A stretch of DNA of 59,157 nucleotides, filler included, from Sluysia triapertura (taxonomy: Eukaryota): the NCBI GenBank assembly GCA_046118255.1. It is 5 parts of 5 records of this genome, joined end to end, with 100 filler letters (N's around TTAATTAATTAA, not from the genome) between each part and the next. Parts side by side here need not be neighbours in the genome. Positions count along the whole stretch, not along the records: positions 11,526 to 24,035 come from JBJNIA010102545.1; positions 24,136 to 35,777 come from JBJNIA010182524.1; 3 more parts are not named here. One strand, written 5' to 3'. A program made the translations under genes and the position numbers. A model generated the notes under the pieces. It searched no databases. It was not told the origin of the DNA and worked only from the letters and a program-made list of their open reading frames with translations. Positions 14,570-28,343 of the stretch are shown piece after piece (position 1 is the stretch's first letter; every line of letters starts with the position of its first letter).

Positions 14570-15820
14570 TAATTGGAACCGTAGTAAATTCATCACCAAT
14601 TCAGCAAAAGATGGCTATACAGAGCCAAAAATCGATTTAATCTGAAATTGAAAGTTCTCCATGAAGAAGTAAATTCAATGAATGATGTTGATGTTTCAGT
14701 CCATAGAAAAAAATGTTTGAGAAATTGGCAGGAATTGACCCAACAGTTATATATTCAAGTATTTCCTACAAGAACGATTTCATCATGTGAAAGAAAAGGC
14801 ACAAAACACTCTAAATTTAGAATAACTGTAGCTTTAAGTTCAAATTAAGTGGATCAATTAAAATTACACCCTTTGCTATTGGACATAGCAAGAAACCAAG
14901 GATTTAATGTTGCAAGATACTGTAATTACCACGCAAATTCGAAAGCATGGATGGTCACCGATTTGTTTAATTGTTCTATGCAGTATCTTGATGATGAACT
15001 GAGAAACAGAATTAGAAATTTTATCTACTTCTTGACAACGCTCCAAGTCAGAGCTTGAAGAAATATTTTCAGAACATTGAAGTTATAATGCTTCCGAAGA
15101 ACTCAACTGCTCATTTTCAACCCAAGGATGCAGGTATAATAAATAATTTAAAGCATTATTAAAGAAAATTGATTACATGAACTCGCTTGATCAAAGAAAG
15201 CTTTTGTTGTTAATCTTAAGAAAGCCATATTGATACTCCACGAAACTTGGGATGATGTGAAAGAAGAAACCATCAAAAATTGTTTCAAAAAGGTTGCGAT
15301 TATTCCAGGTCTTCACGAATCTTATGCTGAATAAAAGTTATCATCAGATCCTGTTTTTAAGACACAAGAATGAGCTTGATCAATTAATGGTTTAGGAAGA
15401 TATGAATCAAACAGAAGTCATTGATGATGATGAAATCGTTATGTCAAGAAGAATACACTGTTGAAGATGTTATACTTAGTGCTGAAGACGGTCAGGTCGG
15501 TGACAGTTACAACATAAGTCGAAGCAATTTATTCCATGCAACTGAAATTATCATCAAAGGAAGCTCTTCTTCAAACAGCTCTACTCAAAAAATAACCAAT
15601 GATATAGTAAAAAATTTAAAATAAGTCAAAGATGATTTACAGAAATTCATTCAAAAGAAAAACTTACAAAAACCTTTAGATGACTTTTTTAATTAATAAT
15701 TGTCTTTTTTCTTAATTATTTCATCATTAATCTGGCGATCATATAGATTTTAAATTCCTTCATTATCCGAATTAATTCACAATCCGAAATGAAATCGATT
15801 TCTAATGAGGGTTGAGTGTA
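14570..15820 (+). mobile_element. Decayed pogo/Tigger-family (CENP-B/DDE_1) transposon
   Basis: Frameshifted motifs in the expected order: SKRWLYRAKNRFNL, KGTKHSKFRITVAL, YHANSKAWM, LLDNAPS, MLPKNSTAHFQPKDAGII, WDDVKEETIKNCF, C-terminal QKPLDDFF. The 3' end is TIR-like (...GAGGGTTGAGTG-TA). The left end was not located. Confidence 0.88.
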
Positions 15821-16119
15821 TTTTCTAAAATAGAAATCGAAAATTCTAGAATTTTCTTTAATTATGATTGGCTGATGACTCAATTTAATAAAACGATTTT
15901 ATTTAAACTATTTAATTACCTTCAGTGTTTTTGGAAAAAGCACAAATAGCTTTTAAATTTTTGGAAATTTTAATGTTTTTCAAATTAATGTTTTTTTAAA
16001 TTTTGAAATAAAATATAAATTAAGAGATCGAGATTTGTTAAAAAAATTGCCAAAAAGCATTTTCATAAAGGGAAAATTATATCCTCAAATTAAAAATGAA
16101 GTAATTTAAAATAAAGCTG

Positions 16120-16415
16120 GTGTTTACATTAAACCTATAGTGGTAGCCAAATTATTAGACTAAAACTGGAAAAATATGTTTTTCGATAATCATGATGCTG
16201 GAAATTCTCCAGATATGAATCTCATAGAAAATCCGTGGGAGATTATCAAAAGGAGAGTTTCTACCCATAAACCAACCACCAGGATGGAACTTATTGAAAA
16301 CTTGATAAAAGTATCGCTACATGATGACGATATCAAATACTTGTACCCCAAGCTCATACGCCTTTAAAGATCAAGAAATTATTGGATAACAAAGGAGGGC
16401 AAACAAAGTAGTACT
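16120..16415 (+). mobile_element. Tc1-family transposase C-terminal remnant
   Basis: GNSPDMNLIENPWEIIKRRV...KPTTRMEL...IKKLLDNKGGQTK matches the Tc1 SPDLNPIENxW and terminal GGxTKY motifs. Confidence 0.85.
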
Positions 16416-16659
16416 GATACAACAGTTTGTACATATTTGATTTGTAGTAAATTGTGTTATCATTCTATATGAATATGTATATAATATAAAAGTAACTTCC
16501 TATTTTAAAATACTTACACAATTTAATTCAAAAGTCTTAATGTGTTTCTCAAGTTTTTTGTAAATCTTACTTAATTTGTGCTCTCGTTTTCCTTTTAGAT
16601 TTGTTTTTCTTGAAGTTTAAAAATCCTGCAAAAATGGTTGGATTTCTTAAATCACAGTG

Positions 16660-16925
16660 TTCAAGTACAAAGATGGTGGAGAACCATTAAGCTCCTCCAC
16701 AGTTTGCTATCATTGTTCGTGAATAGCTCAATGATAAATTGCCTGGAAAATGGATGGGTTGAAAAAGCAAGTCTACTCAACCAAACCAAGAAATTTGGAA
16801 GAACTTGAAGGACGAATAAGTGAAGTTATGGCTTCACGCAACAGTTTCTTGTGAAATCAATTGATGCGATTCCTGGTCGACTTGAGAAACTGGTGGCGAA
16901 TGATGGTGCCTATACAATATACTTT
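16660..16925 (+). mobile_element. maT/rosa-like Tc1-mariner transposase remnant
   Basis: APPQFAIIVRE*LNDKLPGKWMG, then QVYSTKPRNLEELEGRISEV...SIDAIPGRLEKLVANDGAY. The WPPRSPDL segment is deleted. Confidence 0.75.
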
Positions 16926-17259
16926 TATATTTAAATTATAAACTACAGTTATTTTATAATAGCAGAGAAAATGAGCAGACACCTTTGCGTTAGAAGAGAT
17001 GGACAAAGAATTATCGCCCAAACTGTTGAGAATAAAAAATATCAACCAATGAACATTGTAATGAAATAGTAACTGGATACGAGTACGATTTTTTCAGCAC
17101 AAGATTAAAACAACTATGTACGATATTACCAACCTTTCTTAAGTCTACAAAACATTTTTTTGTGTAAGAACGGGTACCAATGAAAATGAGTTTAGAACAT
17201 TACTTTCTGAGAAGTGTAATGAAATTACTTAATCTATGAGAGATAACATTTTGATTACA

Positions 17260-17307
<48 letters not shown>
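17260..17307. repeat. (AAT)n microsatellite
   Basis: Perfect AAT run. Confidence 0.97.
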
Positions 17308-19577
17308 TTTAGGGCGGACGTACAATTGATGAATTTTATGTAGATTAAATCTGTAACTTTAATTATCAATTTAACAATACCTAACTAAAACAATTTAGGT
17401 ATTAGGCTTAAGCCCTTAGGAAAGTTTAAATAATAACAAGTTAACATATTTAATAAATAATTGAGGATTAAGTCCTTTAGTAACGATTAAAAAATTAGAA
17501 TTATAACAGAATTATTATGCGGTTTAATATGATTATGTTGATAGTATAGTGATAATGTGAAAATTATTATGGGAATAATTATTATTGTGATAGTAATTAT
17601 AACAATAACTGTAAATTTATGGTAATTATAAATTATGACTGTGTTTATGTTTGGAATGAATCGAGTAACTTGTTTAGCATTGTTTGTGATTGTGATGTGT
17701 AGATTAATAATGATAATAATAATAATAATATTACTATATAACATACAAAATTCAAATTTCAGTAAATGGTATTTTTATTGTATTTAATTCTCTAAAATTT
17801 TTAAGTCTCGCACAATTTGTTTGAAATAAAAATAAAGATTAATTTAAAACGAGTCGTATTTCCTTTATTTATAATTGATCTCGTAATTCTAATCTTAAAC
17901 ATGAAGCATAAATTTGATTTTAATAATATACAATTATTAAAAATATTATTATACTTTTATTTATTTATTTATTTTAATATTTTGATTAATTTAATTGTAA
18001 CATGATATTCAACTATTTTTAAATTTATAATCTTTCAAAATTTTAAATCAAATCTAAAATAAAATTAAAATTATAATGCTTTAATATGGGATTTATTAGA
18101 GTTAATATAAGTTCGAAATTTAATAACAAATAGTAACATTTAATTTAATTCAATAATCATTTTAAAATGAGATTTTATAAAGAAAATGTAAAATCAAACT
18201 TTAAGAATATTAAATTCAATAAAAACCACTTCAATACGTAAGTTAAAATTATGTTAAACTGAGATTGAATAAAACTAGTGTGTAATTAAAAATTAGTAAC
18301 ATTATTTTCGATTAAAATTAACTAAAATTAAAGATTGGACAAACGGAGAAATAAGAAAATTAGTATTACTACTTATTACTTGTATATATTATTTAACTAT
18401 TATTATTATTATTTAATATTTGTATATATTTGCTAACTATTATTATCAATATTTGAATACTAAATTAATATTATTACTTGAATGAATTATATTAATAATT
18501 ACTGTTAGTACTTGAATAATAACTATTACTATATAAAAATTATATTCAGACAAAATATAAACTTTAAAAGTTAATTAAAAATTAACGCTTAACAAAAAAC
18601 AGTATAAGTATGTTACTAAAAATAAGAAACTCCCCGAGATAATACAAGGTAAGGTTAATTATAGTTCGAAGCTGAAGAATTTAAACTGAAGAAATTAAAT
18701 TTATCGATACACATTGCTGACAATTGAACATTTATTACAAACAGAAATTAATTGAACATTCTGATCTTAATTGAAAGAGCAAGTAATATTATATTTCGTC
18801 TGAATAATAAAATTGATAAAATAAAAATTTTTGATCGAATTTTAAAAATCAAAACTGTACATTGTTTGTTATATATATATGGAATAAATTTCAAATAAAC
18901 TACAAATAGATAAATTTATAAATTTAATGTTTGAGCTTAGACTATTAATAGAGCACGATTCTATTTCCTTTATCGAATATTAAAACAAAAAACTTACTGC
19001 ACACTTCGAAACGAGTATCTGAATTCACGATTCCAGCTATAATAAGACATACTAAATAAGTATAGGTAATATTTTCAGAATAAAAGAAAGCTTCTATTAG
19101 AAATCATTTAAGAAGTTACACTAGTCTTTAGCAGAAGTATTTCGAATTAAGTATAATAAAATAATAAAAATAAAAAATTCAAAATAATTGTTTTATTATT
19201 TATTAATTTTAATATTATTTTATTATGTTGATTCATTTAATTATTTTATTTTATCGTTTTTATTTTATTTTTAATTAAATAAAATATATATATATATATA
19301 TTAGAAAAGAAACTGTCTGTTATTTTTGATAAACGTGATTTTGCAAAAAACATTAGAAATAAAATAAAAATATCAATGGAAATAGTCTGCATTGTAAATT
19401 AAATTGATAAGTAGAATATTATTAAATAAAAATTATTTAATATGTATTAAGTAAACGACAAATATAATTTTATTATTATTATTATTATAAAATTAAAATT
19501 TAAAATCAATTTATTAAATAAAAAATTAATGTGTTTTAAAAGATTTCAGGATTCTCGATTAAATTTATTGAAATGAT

Positions 19578-19880
19578 TAGCCCTAGTAGTCAATTGTATA
19601 AATATTCCTGCTTGGTTCTGTCAGGACTTCGCCTAATTTAATTAGTTTAATGATAATAATGAATACATTTTACAAGAAAAATGTATTACGATAGATGTCT
19701 GTTTCATTGATGATTCATTTGATGTAGTTTTTTACACACTTCATAAGCAAACTTTTTACAGTTGCTGTATGTTGTGTTCAATTTTTTATTATATTTCCTA
19801 GGATACTGATAACACACCTTCCACATTTCTTGGGCAGATTTACTCGTTCAAGAATTAGTTGTGGCTCTTGATAAATGTAC
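19578..19880 (-). mobile_element. Possible piggyBac transposase 3' end (Cys-rich domain)
   Basis: KKCGRC/YQYPRKYNKKLNTTYSNCKKFAYEVC resembles the piggyBac RCxxCPRKxDKKTxxxCxxC C-terminal domain. TTAG-CCCT at 19578 resembles a TTAA-CCCT terminus. Confidence 0.4.
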
Positions 19881-20216
19881 CCGAGATCACTTTTCATTTT
19901 TGTGTTATTATATTTTAAAAAAATTATTATCGTCCCTATGCGCTTCAAAATGTCTTTTAAATACTGACAAATATGTAAGACTAAGTGCAATGTTGTAACA
20001 AATTTCATTTCCGTCTAAACTAAGAATGATATGACTCATACTTTTTTAATACGTATTTAATTGCGAAAAATTTCAAATTTTGAAAAATGGCTCGGACTAA
20101 CAAGGAGCTTGGATGCCTCTGTTTTAAACACTTGATGACAAATTACAAATATAATGAATATTAAAATGTTTAAGCATGTAACTACAAATAGTTAGTGGTA
20201 ATTTGTCGAACTGTAT

Positions 20217-20323
20217 TATTGGGATAAAAGACCTAAAGTGCCATTTGGTAAAATTGATTATAATAAAATAAATTTGTTAGACAGGTCCCAGGTTCGATCT
20301 CAGGTCAGTCCATTTTATGAAGT
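20217..20323 (+). mobile_element. tRNA-containing repeat family, copy C (A-box deleted)
   Basis: Shares TxTTGGGAxAAAAG..CCTAAAGTGCCA, TATAATAAAA..AATTGTTAGAC, the B-box GGTTCGATC and GGTCAGTCCATTTTATGAAGT with the copies at 37794, 43117 and 45067. Confidence 0.8.
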
Positions 20324-20409
20324 TTAACAGTGTACCTAGTGTGCTCAAGAGACCCCACTGGGTATTTAACAAATAAATAGCAAAAAGCAAGATCGAAAAG
20401 CGCATTTTT

Positions 20410-20830
20410 TAGATTATAAAGATGAATTTCGAATCATTCAAATGCTTCACTGAATATATTTGAACTGACTTTTGATTTTTTTTCACTTTACTCTCTGTTG
20501 AACAAACATGATGACCAATTTTAGTAAATATTTCACGATTTTCTCCAGCTTTTATATTGATAACTATCATTATCTGAACTGGTAGCAATGTTATTTTTCC
20601 AAAATATATGTTCGACGAAGGGTTTAACACCGAGTTTCAGTTTAATATTTTTAACATCACACCTTTTACGTAATTCTGATTTAGGTTCCGATACTATATG
20701 CTTATTAATTGATGCTTCACTAATCACATGAGGTAATTTACCTAATCATGCGTTATGAGGTATTGAAACTTCATTTAGAATCTATTGATGTATCATCTAG
20801 ATAATGTATAACACGAGATGACGGCATCAT
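20410..20830 (-). pseudogene. Possible degenerate THAP-like domain fragment
   Basis: MPSSRVIH...ISEASINKHIV...KLKLGVKPFV loosely follows the THAP MPxxC...CSxHF...LKxGAVP pattern. The key Cys/His residues are not conserved. Confidence 0.25.
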
Positions 20831-21669
20831 AACCAATTAATATTAATTTTTTATCATTATTTAATATGTTTGTTTTATAATTTCAGATGATTGTGAATAT
20901 CCAGAATATGTGATGCTCTAACTTTGAATTTGTAATTCATTAATTAATAATGGTTTTTGGATTTATTGATGATGATATGTTGGAATCTCACTGTCTTATG
21001 TGCAGTTAATATTGAAACATGTTATAGTTATACTTGGTCGTCATTTTTCTTATAATAACAATGATATTATTTATTTATTTTGTTTATGCATTGAATGGAA
21101 AATATTTGTTCAGTAAAATGTGTGTGTGTGTATTTCTGTGTTGTGTTGAAAGAATTTATTAATGTGAGAAAGTGTGTAAAAGTGTTGTAGATCATTTGTT
21201 AATATGTTGAAATATAATGTGTGTTTGTATTGAAAGATAATGTGTGCGTGTGTGTTGTCATTTAAGTTTTATTTGTTGTGTGTGTAAATTATTGATGTGT
21301 TCTGTTATTTAGTTGACATTTTACATTTAACAATAATAATATTGAAATAATATCTCCTTATATCATTAAAATGGATTTATGTGATAAAATCAAATTACGT
21401 TTGAACAAATATAAACTTATTTCTGATTCCAATGATTATATTATTCATAGAAATCTTCAATTAGACCTTCAATTGCGATTAATATGTGTCATTTTTATAT
21501 CAAATTTGGTTCTAAATATTTCTGTAATATTTTTGATAATCAAAAAGATAATAATACTATTAATAACACAATTATTAATATTATCCTACAGCAATATTAA
21601 TAATACTTCAAATAATTGTCTTCCAAAACAGTGAGGTATTTTTAATTTAATTATTCGTTTCTTTGCTAT

Positions 21670-21880
21670 ATAATCAAGTTATGATAATAATAATAATAAT
21701 GATAATATTAATAAAAATAAGAATAAGAACAATGATAATAATAATGACAATAATAATACTAAGAATAATGTTAATAACAATAATAATAATTGTAATAATA
21801 ATGAAAATCATAATAGTAATAAAAATGATAATAATAATGACAACAATAATAATGATATAATAATAATACTGATAATAATG
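21670..21880. repeat. Degenerate (AAT)n tract
   Basis: AAT/GAT/AAC trimers. This tract explains the poly-Ile and poly-Tyr ORFs in the track. Confidence 0.92.
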
Positions 21881-22524
21881 TATAGCGTAAATATATTTCT
21901 GCAAATAGTGATGCAAACAATTCGAATGCATGAATGTTCGATAAACAAGATAAAATGAACGTGTCGAATGTTTGATTAAATGACTTAAAAGTTGGATACT
22001 TATTAATGAAAAGTTGGATAGATAAATTATTATGAGCCACAAAAGTAATAACAAATGTAAAGAGGTAAATGATGTTTGAAATAAATCAAATGAATTTGAG
22101 TAGATAAATGCAAAATAATTGATTAAACTGAAATTACTTTTAGTGATTTTTATTAAAATGAAAAGGAAAATTTGGTTAATTATTTTTATTAATTTAAAAA
22201 TATAAAAATGTACAAAATAATATCTAGTATTTGTTTGATATTGAAACATACTGAATAAGATCTAAGATATTGATTAGTTAGGACAAATATTAAATCGATC
22301 AAATGTTAAATAAAATTGGTGATTGTATTACATGTTGGCATACTACAAGTCGCATAATGGGGAATAATCTTAATCAAATTACAGAAATATCATTGTAAAC
22401 TAAAAATTCAATAAAAGAAAAATTTACTTCTAATTTCGGTTCGTCATTTATCATAGTCAAATGTTTTTTAATTGAAGAATTTAAATTGCTTTATTTAGTT
22501 TCCAATGAGGCTTGTCAATGCGAT

Positions 22525-23031
22525 CTAAGTTATTGTTGAGCGATTAAGGATGTAATTCTGAGACGTTGTGGGCATAACAGCACTGTTGACCATATCTGAA
22601 GCACAGGTTTGAATTAGTTGTACATGTGTGGTTTTATAGTGATGTAGACCATAATCGTATTTCAGATAATTGGTTGATGTCATGTTGAATGGAACATCAG
22701 TATTTTTGATTATAGCATTTAATTCTTTAAAACGTTCTTCATTTTTGATGTAACTCTTCTTCAATTCTTTAGGATTGCTTCCTTTATCATGTTTTTTATT
22801 CGTAAATATGTCCATTAAATAATGATGTTCGTTATAAAGACGAGGTTTAACATTATATAGTACTTAGATATCTGATAAATCAATCATATTATCTTTGTCT
22901 GAATCCAAATGATGTAGTATTTTTTTACGATCGTGTACACGACTATCATTAATAACTAATTCAATCCATTCTTCAGGAACATAGTTTTTGCATGGTTTCA
23001 TTAAAAGTTCCATTTCTGTTTTAAAATCCAT
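22525..23031 (-). pseudogene. Orphan intronless ORF (~168 codons) with a single in-frame TAA
   Basis: From the ATG at 23031, MDFKTEMELLMKPCKNYVPEEWIELVINDSRVHDRKKILHHLDSDKDNMIDLSDI*VLYNVKPRLYNEHHYL runs in frame into the ORF 22525-22815. The TAA is at 22864-22866. Confidence 0.5.
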
Positions 23032-23902
23032 GATAACTCATTTAAGATGTGTTTGTTTTGGTAAGATATTAATATAAACCGAATGTTTGAATATCTTTAC
23101 CACCAACTACAAAACTTTTTTACACGAACAGTTTTATTTTCAAATAAAAAGTTATTTTTGAATTAATAATGTTAAATATTTCTAAAAGATTTTTAACATA
23201 AAAATTTGTAAACTCAGTCTTAATTTTAAATTATGTTTTTTATTTTATTTTTAATTGTGTAGTATCCACTAATGTGATTTGTTGTCCAATAATCAATGAG
23301 TAGATATTAGTTGCTACATAAAATCTGACTGAGTAGCTGTCAACCAACACCAACAACGTTTAATAACATGTGCTGCGGTACTAGTAATGCGAATAACAAA
23401 AATGTCAATATTGACAGTTTAAAAAATTAATAACGATGATGATAATAATAATGATATTATCATTATAATAATGATCATAATGATTGGTAAGAATAATGGT
23501 AATAATAATTAATGATGAAAATAATAATAAAATAACAATAATAATAATAATAATACAATAAAAATGAAAATAATAATAAAAAATAAAAAAGGCCTACATA
23601 ATTCTATTTTCTTAGACATATTTCTTATAAATTTCTAATCTTAACGATTTATTAATAAAATGTTTTTTTTTATTTCTTTATTATTTCTTTTATGAAACTA
23701 TATGTAAAATAAAAAGTGTAGAAGATTGATGAAGAAATATCTCAAAAGAGTAACAGCGTAGTGTAAAAAGAAATTCCATTTAGTTTAATGTTTTAAAATA
23801 AATTTGAAATGTAAATCTAATGATTTTATTGTTAAAGAATTAAGATAATTTTTGAAATATAGATTTAATGATTTTAATGTTGTCGAATTGTGAGCTTAAA
23901 AG

Positions 23903-24035
23903 TACACTTGGTTCTCTTTTTATGCGGTTTTTTTTTATGCGATTTTAGAGTTATGCGATTTTTTTATGGCAAGAAAAAAAAATTTTGTTTTTTTATGAAA
24001 CTAATTAAAAAAGCTTGCATATTAGAAAACATTAG
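23903..24035 (+). mobile_element. Likely left end of a pogo/Tc1-type MITE, truncated by the contig end
   Basis: TA-CACTTGGTTCTCTTTTTATGCGG followed by repeated TTATGCG subterminal motifs. Confidence 0.4.
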
Positions 24036-24135
24036 NNNNNNNNNNNNNNNNNNNNNNNNNNNNNNNNNNNNNNNNNNNNTTAATTAATTAANNNNNNNNN
24101 NNNNNNNNNNNNNNNNNNNNNNNNNNNNNNNNNNN
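24036..24135. other. Artificial contig linker
   Basis: N44-TTAATTAATTAA-N44. Confidence 0.98.
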
Positions 24136-27100
24136 AGGAATTATCTATTAGTCTATACTGCAAACAGAATTTTAAAGTATGTGATCAATAGATCTGTTTT
24201 TCTTATTTCTATAAATGAAGACTTTGAAAGATTCAAGGATAACGCTATTTCTACCACGGTATACGTTCCTGAAAATAGTCATAAGATATTTAGTTTATAT
24301 TTGTTTAATAGTTATATTACTTATCAGTTTAGTCGATTATATAATAATTTTTTAGATAAGATAAATAAAGTTTGGATCCCTGGACACTGGATAGCCAGAT
24401 GGAGAATCCACAATGAAGTTATGAATTTAAATAAAATTTTATTACGTGTAATAAATCTTCATCTTTCTTATTTAATTAAAGTTGGCTTTATTATTGTTTT
24501 CTTGATAAGTAACAGTGATTTGAAATTTAGAAGCGAATTCATAAATGATGAATGTTCGAAAGTCATTAATTAGAAAAAGCAAATACACATTAATCATTGT
24601 CTTAATAGTAATATCCATTACCGTGGTTTAAATAAAATGTTAACATTAGTTTTAAATAATACCTCAAATCAAAAAAATAATGAATTAACCTTAAAAATAT
24701 TAAATCTTAAATCTGAAAGCCATGAAATCAGTTCTTTATGTATATATTTTCTCTTTAAATTACTAACATATACTTATTCCCTTACTGAAATTAAGATGAC
24801 GCCCTCAACCTTAATACATACCCTAAACACAGAATTACGCTATAATCTTTTATCTTCGAAAACTAAATATTTGATACCATACATTTTGCAAACTGATCAT
24901 AGATTAGATCAAAAGATGTTATCAATTTTAAATCTGAGGGAAACTCTATACTACTCTGTAAAATATACAACCTTAACCTACCAAACTTAAAGACATGAAT
25001 TTTACAATATTATTTATTAAGTTGTGATTTTTATTAGGTAAATTATTAATATCAAAAATTTTCATAAAGTTTAAAAATCTAAAACTAAAATAGCTTTAGA
25101 ATTCTCTATCTTAATGAGTTATATGGGAACCGCGAATTCTTTTAACTTGTCTCTGTTAGAAATGGAAGAGCATTAACTATAAAATTATAAGTATTTATTT
25201 ATGAAAGTATATTTATATCAAATTAACCCTTTGATATCCCAGCTTAATGACTTATGCTGATTACATCATTCTACTATCAAAACAAACCTTATTTACAATG
25301 AAAACCAACGATATTTCTTAACAGTTTCTTTTAAAGCGATGATGTAAGCAGTGACAATGGATTTATAGTTCATGTTTGTAATGTCACATTATTGGCGACA
25401 ACGAAATGCTAAGGTTAATGTAGTTAGTGAAACATAAACCACACTTAGTTATTTTGGAATAGAACATTTTATTTAAGTGGAGATTTTATTTATTTGCTTT
25501 AAAATTTATTTAATTTAAATTCATGGTTACCTACAATGTATAATCATAACATCCGAATAACCTCATCAACTTTTATAGTTAATATTGATTAACGTTCTGC
25601 GAAAAGAATTTAGATAGTCTCAAATATCTATTATTTAGATATTTAATAAATATTACAAAAAACTTAATAAAGTCGTATATATTTCAAGAATAAGTAGAAT
25701 AATATTTAACGTATTTTAACAGTAAGTTTTTTAAATATAATTAATTAAATATAATTAATTTCAGCATATCCTAACATATCTAATAATACTTGTAAGTGAA
25801 TGACATATTCGATTTCCTTTAATATAATTACCTTCACTATAATTAATAGCTTAATTTTACTTTTTGGTAAATTTTATTATCTAATAAATTTTTTGTATTT
25901 GGTCTTAAACTATGTATTTTTGCTATTGTATGCCCAATTTATTCTGGTTTTGTTCATGTATTTTTATTCAATTTTATTCACTTTTTAGCGATTTTTGTTT
26001 ACATATACGTTTAATTCGTAAATGTTTTTGTGCCTTAATTAAATATAACAGATTCTTGTCTATTTTCTTCGTATAAGTTCTTAATTTCTGGTTTTTAACT
26101 TATTATTTAAGGGTATTCTTTTTTAATGTTTTTGAAAATCTTTTTAGAAGTTTTCTGAGGATGTTTCAGTTTTATTTAATGATTTTCTAAAATGTTTAAT
26201 CCCTTTTAAAGTAAATGCAATATATATTTTCTTTGAATTAATTATTTCATTTTATATTTTATGGATTTAAATATTTTAATTTATTTATGTCAATATGTAT
26301 GGGTTATATTTAGTAGAATTAAATTTTTTGATATTTGAATTTTTAGGTCTCGCTCTGATTTAAAATTTAACAAAAAAAATACTGGAATTGCAAAATTCTA
26401 AAAATAGTAACTAATTGATATTTTTGTGTCCTTCCACGACTAGTTTTACAAACAAATTAATTACATGATATTAATTCAATAATTAGTATTCTAATTTTTA
26501 TAAAAATAGGTTGTGTTTAAAATAAAGTATGTTATGGTTTTTTGTCTTAATCTTTAACTTCTTTCAAAACCTATCATTTGTTGGTTTAATTAATAATAAC
26601 AATAATATGTGTTGCGGTTTAATCAATCTCATGCGTCAATTAAATATTAAAATTTAATTCTTTAGAATGTGCTCTTGATAATTTCAAACTTAGAGATTTT
26701 TGATCTAAGATTTAGGTGAAAATTGAGAGCTTTATTTATTTTTTTACTCTTGTTACCACTGTTATGGATACTAATATACAAAATTTAGTTTATTAGATAT
26801 CTTTTGTCTCAGAGAGTGAATTCTACACTTGTCTCTGCTGTTCGAGAAGGAAGTCCTTAGACAAATAATTCCAAATGTATTCTTACTCTAATCTTATTTT
26901 CCAAACTCTCATTTAAATAAAAATGAAGTAAGTAAACACTTGAATCTAATATTTTATTCAAACTAAAATACAGATGAATTTAACAATTAAATACATAAAT
27001 AAATGTTGATATCGTTCATAGAAATAAAATATTTATAAATTTATCAATGTATAACATGAATTTATAAACGATATTTTATTCAATTTATATTTACTATCGC

Positions 27101-27858
27101 TCAAGATTAAATAATAACTTTTTTCGTAATAATTAATTGTCTTTCTGTCCACATAAAAATGTCTCCGCGTAGTCTCCAATACTTTCTCCTGGTGTTTCGC
27201 TATCGAATATTATTTTATGAACAATATCTTGCATTTATACAAATCGTTTATAATAGTAATTTGGTCAAAAAAATAAATTTACTGCAATTATACACATGAT
27301 ATATACTAAATGAAATTATACAATTATGCATGATAAAATTTTTCAATTATGGCCAAAATGTACATAACTTAATTTGTTTTAATTAATAACTTAAAATTTT
27401 ATTCAGAATTATTATTCAACATGTGTAAAATTTTGTTCCACATATTAAATTCACGATATATATACAAAATGAAATTATGCATTATAAATTTATTCACTAT
27501 TGTCCAAGACACCTACGGTAATAAATTATTTACAATGCATAATGTTGGCTTACTATTTACAATAACTGTTAAAATTTTGTTCAGAAAGCATATTCATATT
27601 TATCAAATTTTATATTTTATTCTCATACAATTAAATTATCATTTCTTGCGGATGACAAATTTTATTATATTTCCACTAAAATAGAATAAGTCTAATTTTT
27701 TCCTAGCTTATTTTTCAAATGTTTGATTATTGAAGTATTCAATTAATGGTTTATTTTCAAACATCAATTATAGTATTGTAATATTAAAGAATATAACATT
27801 ACAATAAATATTATACTCCTGATTTATATAGAGAAGTAATTATAAATGGTTTTTATAG

Positions 27859-28036
27859 GCTACATTCGGTCGTAAAAATTCGAGTTTCAAACCAGATATT
27901 GACTTATCATTGGAAGGTCCAGCGTGTAGAATTTCTCGATTACATGGTTGTATAAAATTATCAGAACAAGGAAATTTTATTATTGTTAATTGGGCTAAAG
28001 AACCTATTTTTGTCGATGGTGCTGTTGTTTTAACTA
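27859..28036 (+). CDS. MCRS1: Single exon encoding the FHA domain of an MCRS1/MSP58 homologue
   Basis: Splice sites ttttatAG|...|GTaatt flank an open frame ATFGRKNSSFKPDIDLSLEGPACRISRLHGCIKLSEQGNFIIVNWAKEPIFVDGAVVLT. This matches MCRS1 ITLGR...DVDLSLEGPAWKISR...IKL...FFIANEGRRPIYIDG. Neighbouring exons were not found. Confidence 0.88.
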
Positions 28037-28343
28037 GTAATTTTTATATTCGAAATTTTACTATAATTTTGTGATGTTATTTTAAATTATATATTTTCCA
28101 TTTCTTGAATTTATAAGTTTTTTATAAGAACTATGTGATGTACATAGTTCTTGTTATAGAAGTACTTTTTCATTTTAAGTCTTGTTATTTTAAGTTTACG
28201 TTTTAATATGTTTACGTTTTAATTCGTTTATCAGTAAGATTATTAATAGATTTGTTAAAACTTTTAATTTTTAATTGCCTTTGACTTGTCAGAGATGAAA
28301 GTGCTTTAAAGAGTTATTTACCAATTTCTTTTAAATGTAATTA

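Noticed and set aside
20088-20122. Histone H3-like start (MART...)
   Set aside because: It diverges after four codons and looks more like a hAT-type terminal sequence.
21663-22249. ORFs of 65-191 aa rich in Ile/Tyr
   Set aside because: They are by-products of the degenerate (AAT)n tract. The same applies to 17487-17744 and to most short hydrophobic ORFs in the track.
25223-25418. piggyBac-type MITE bounded by TTAA-CC...GG-TTAA
   Set aside because: Only a few bases of inverted match, which is expected by chance in AT-rich DNA.
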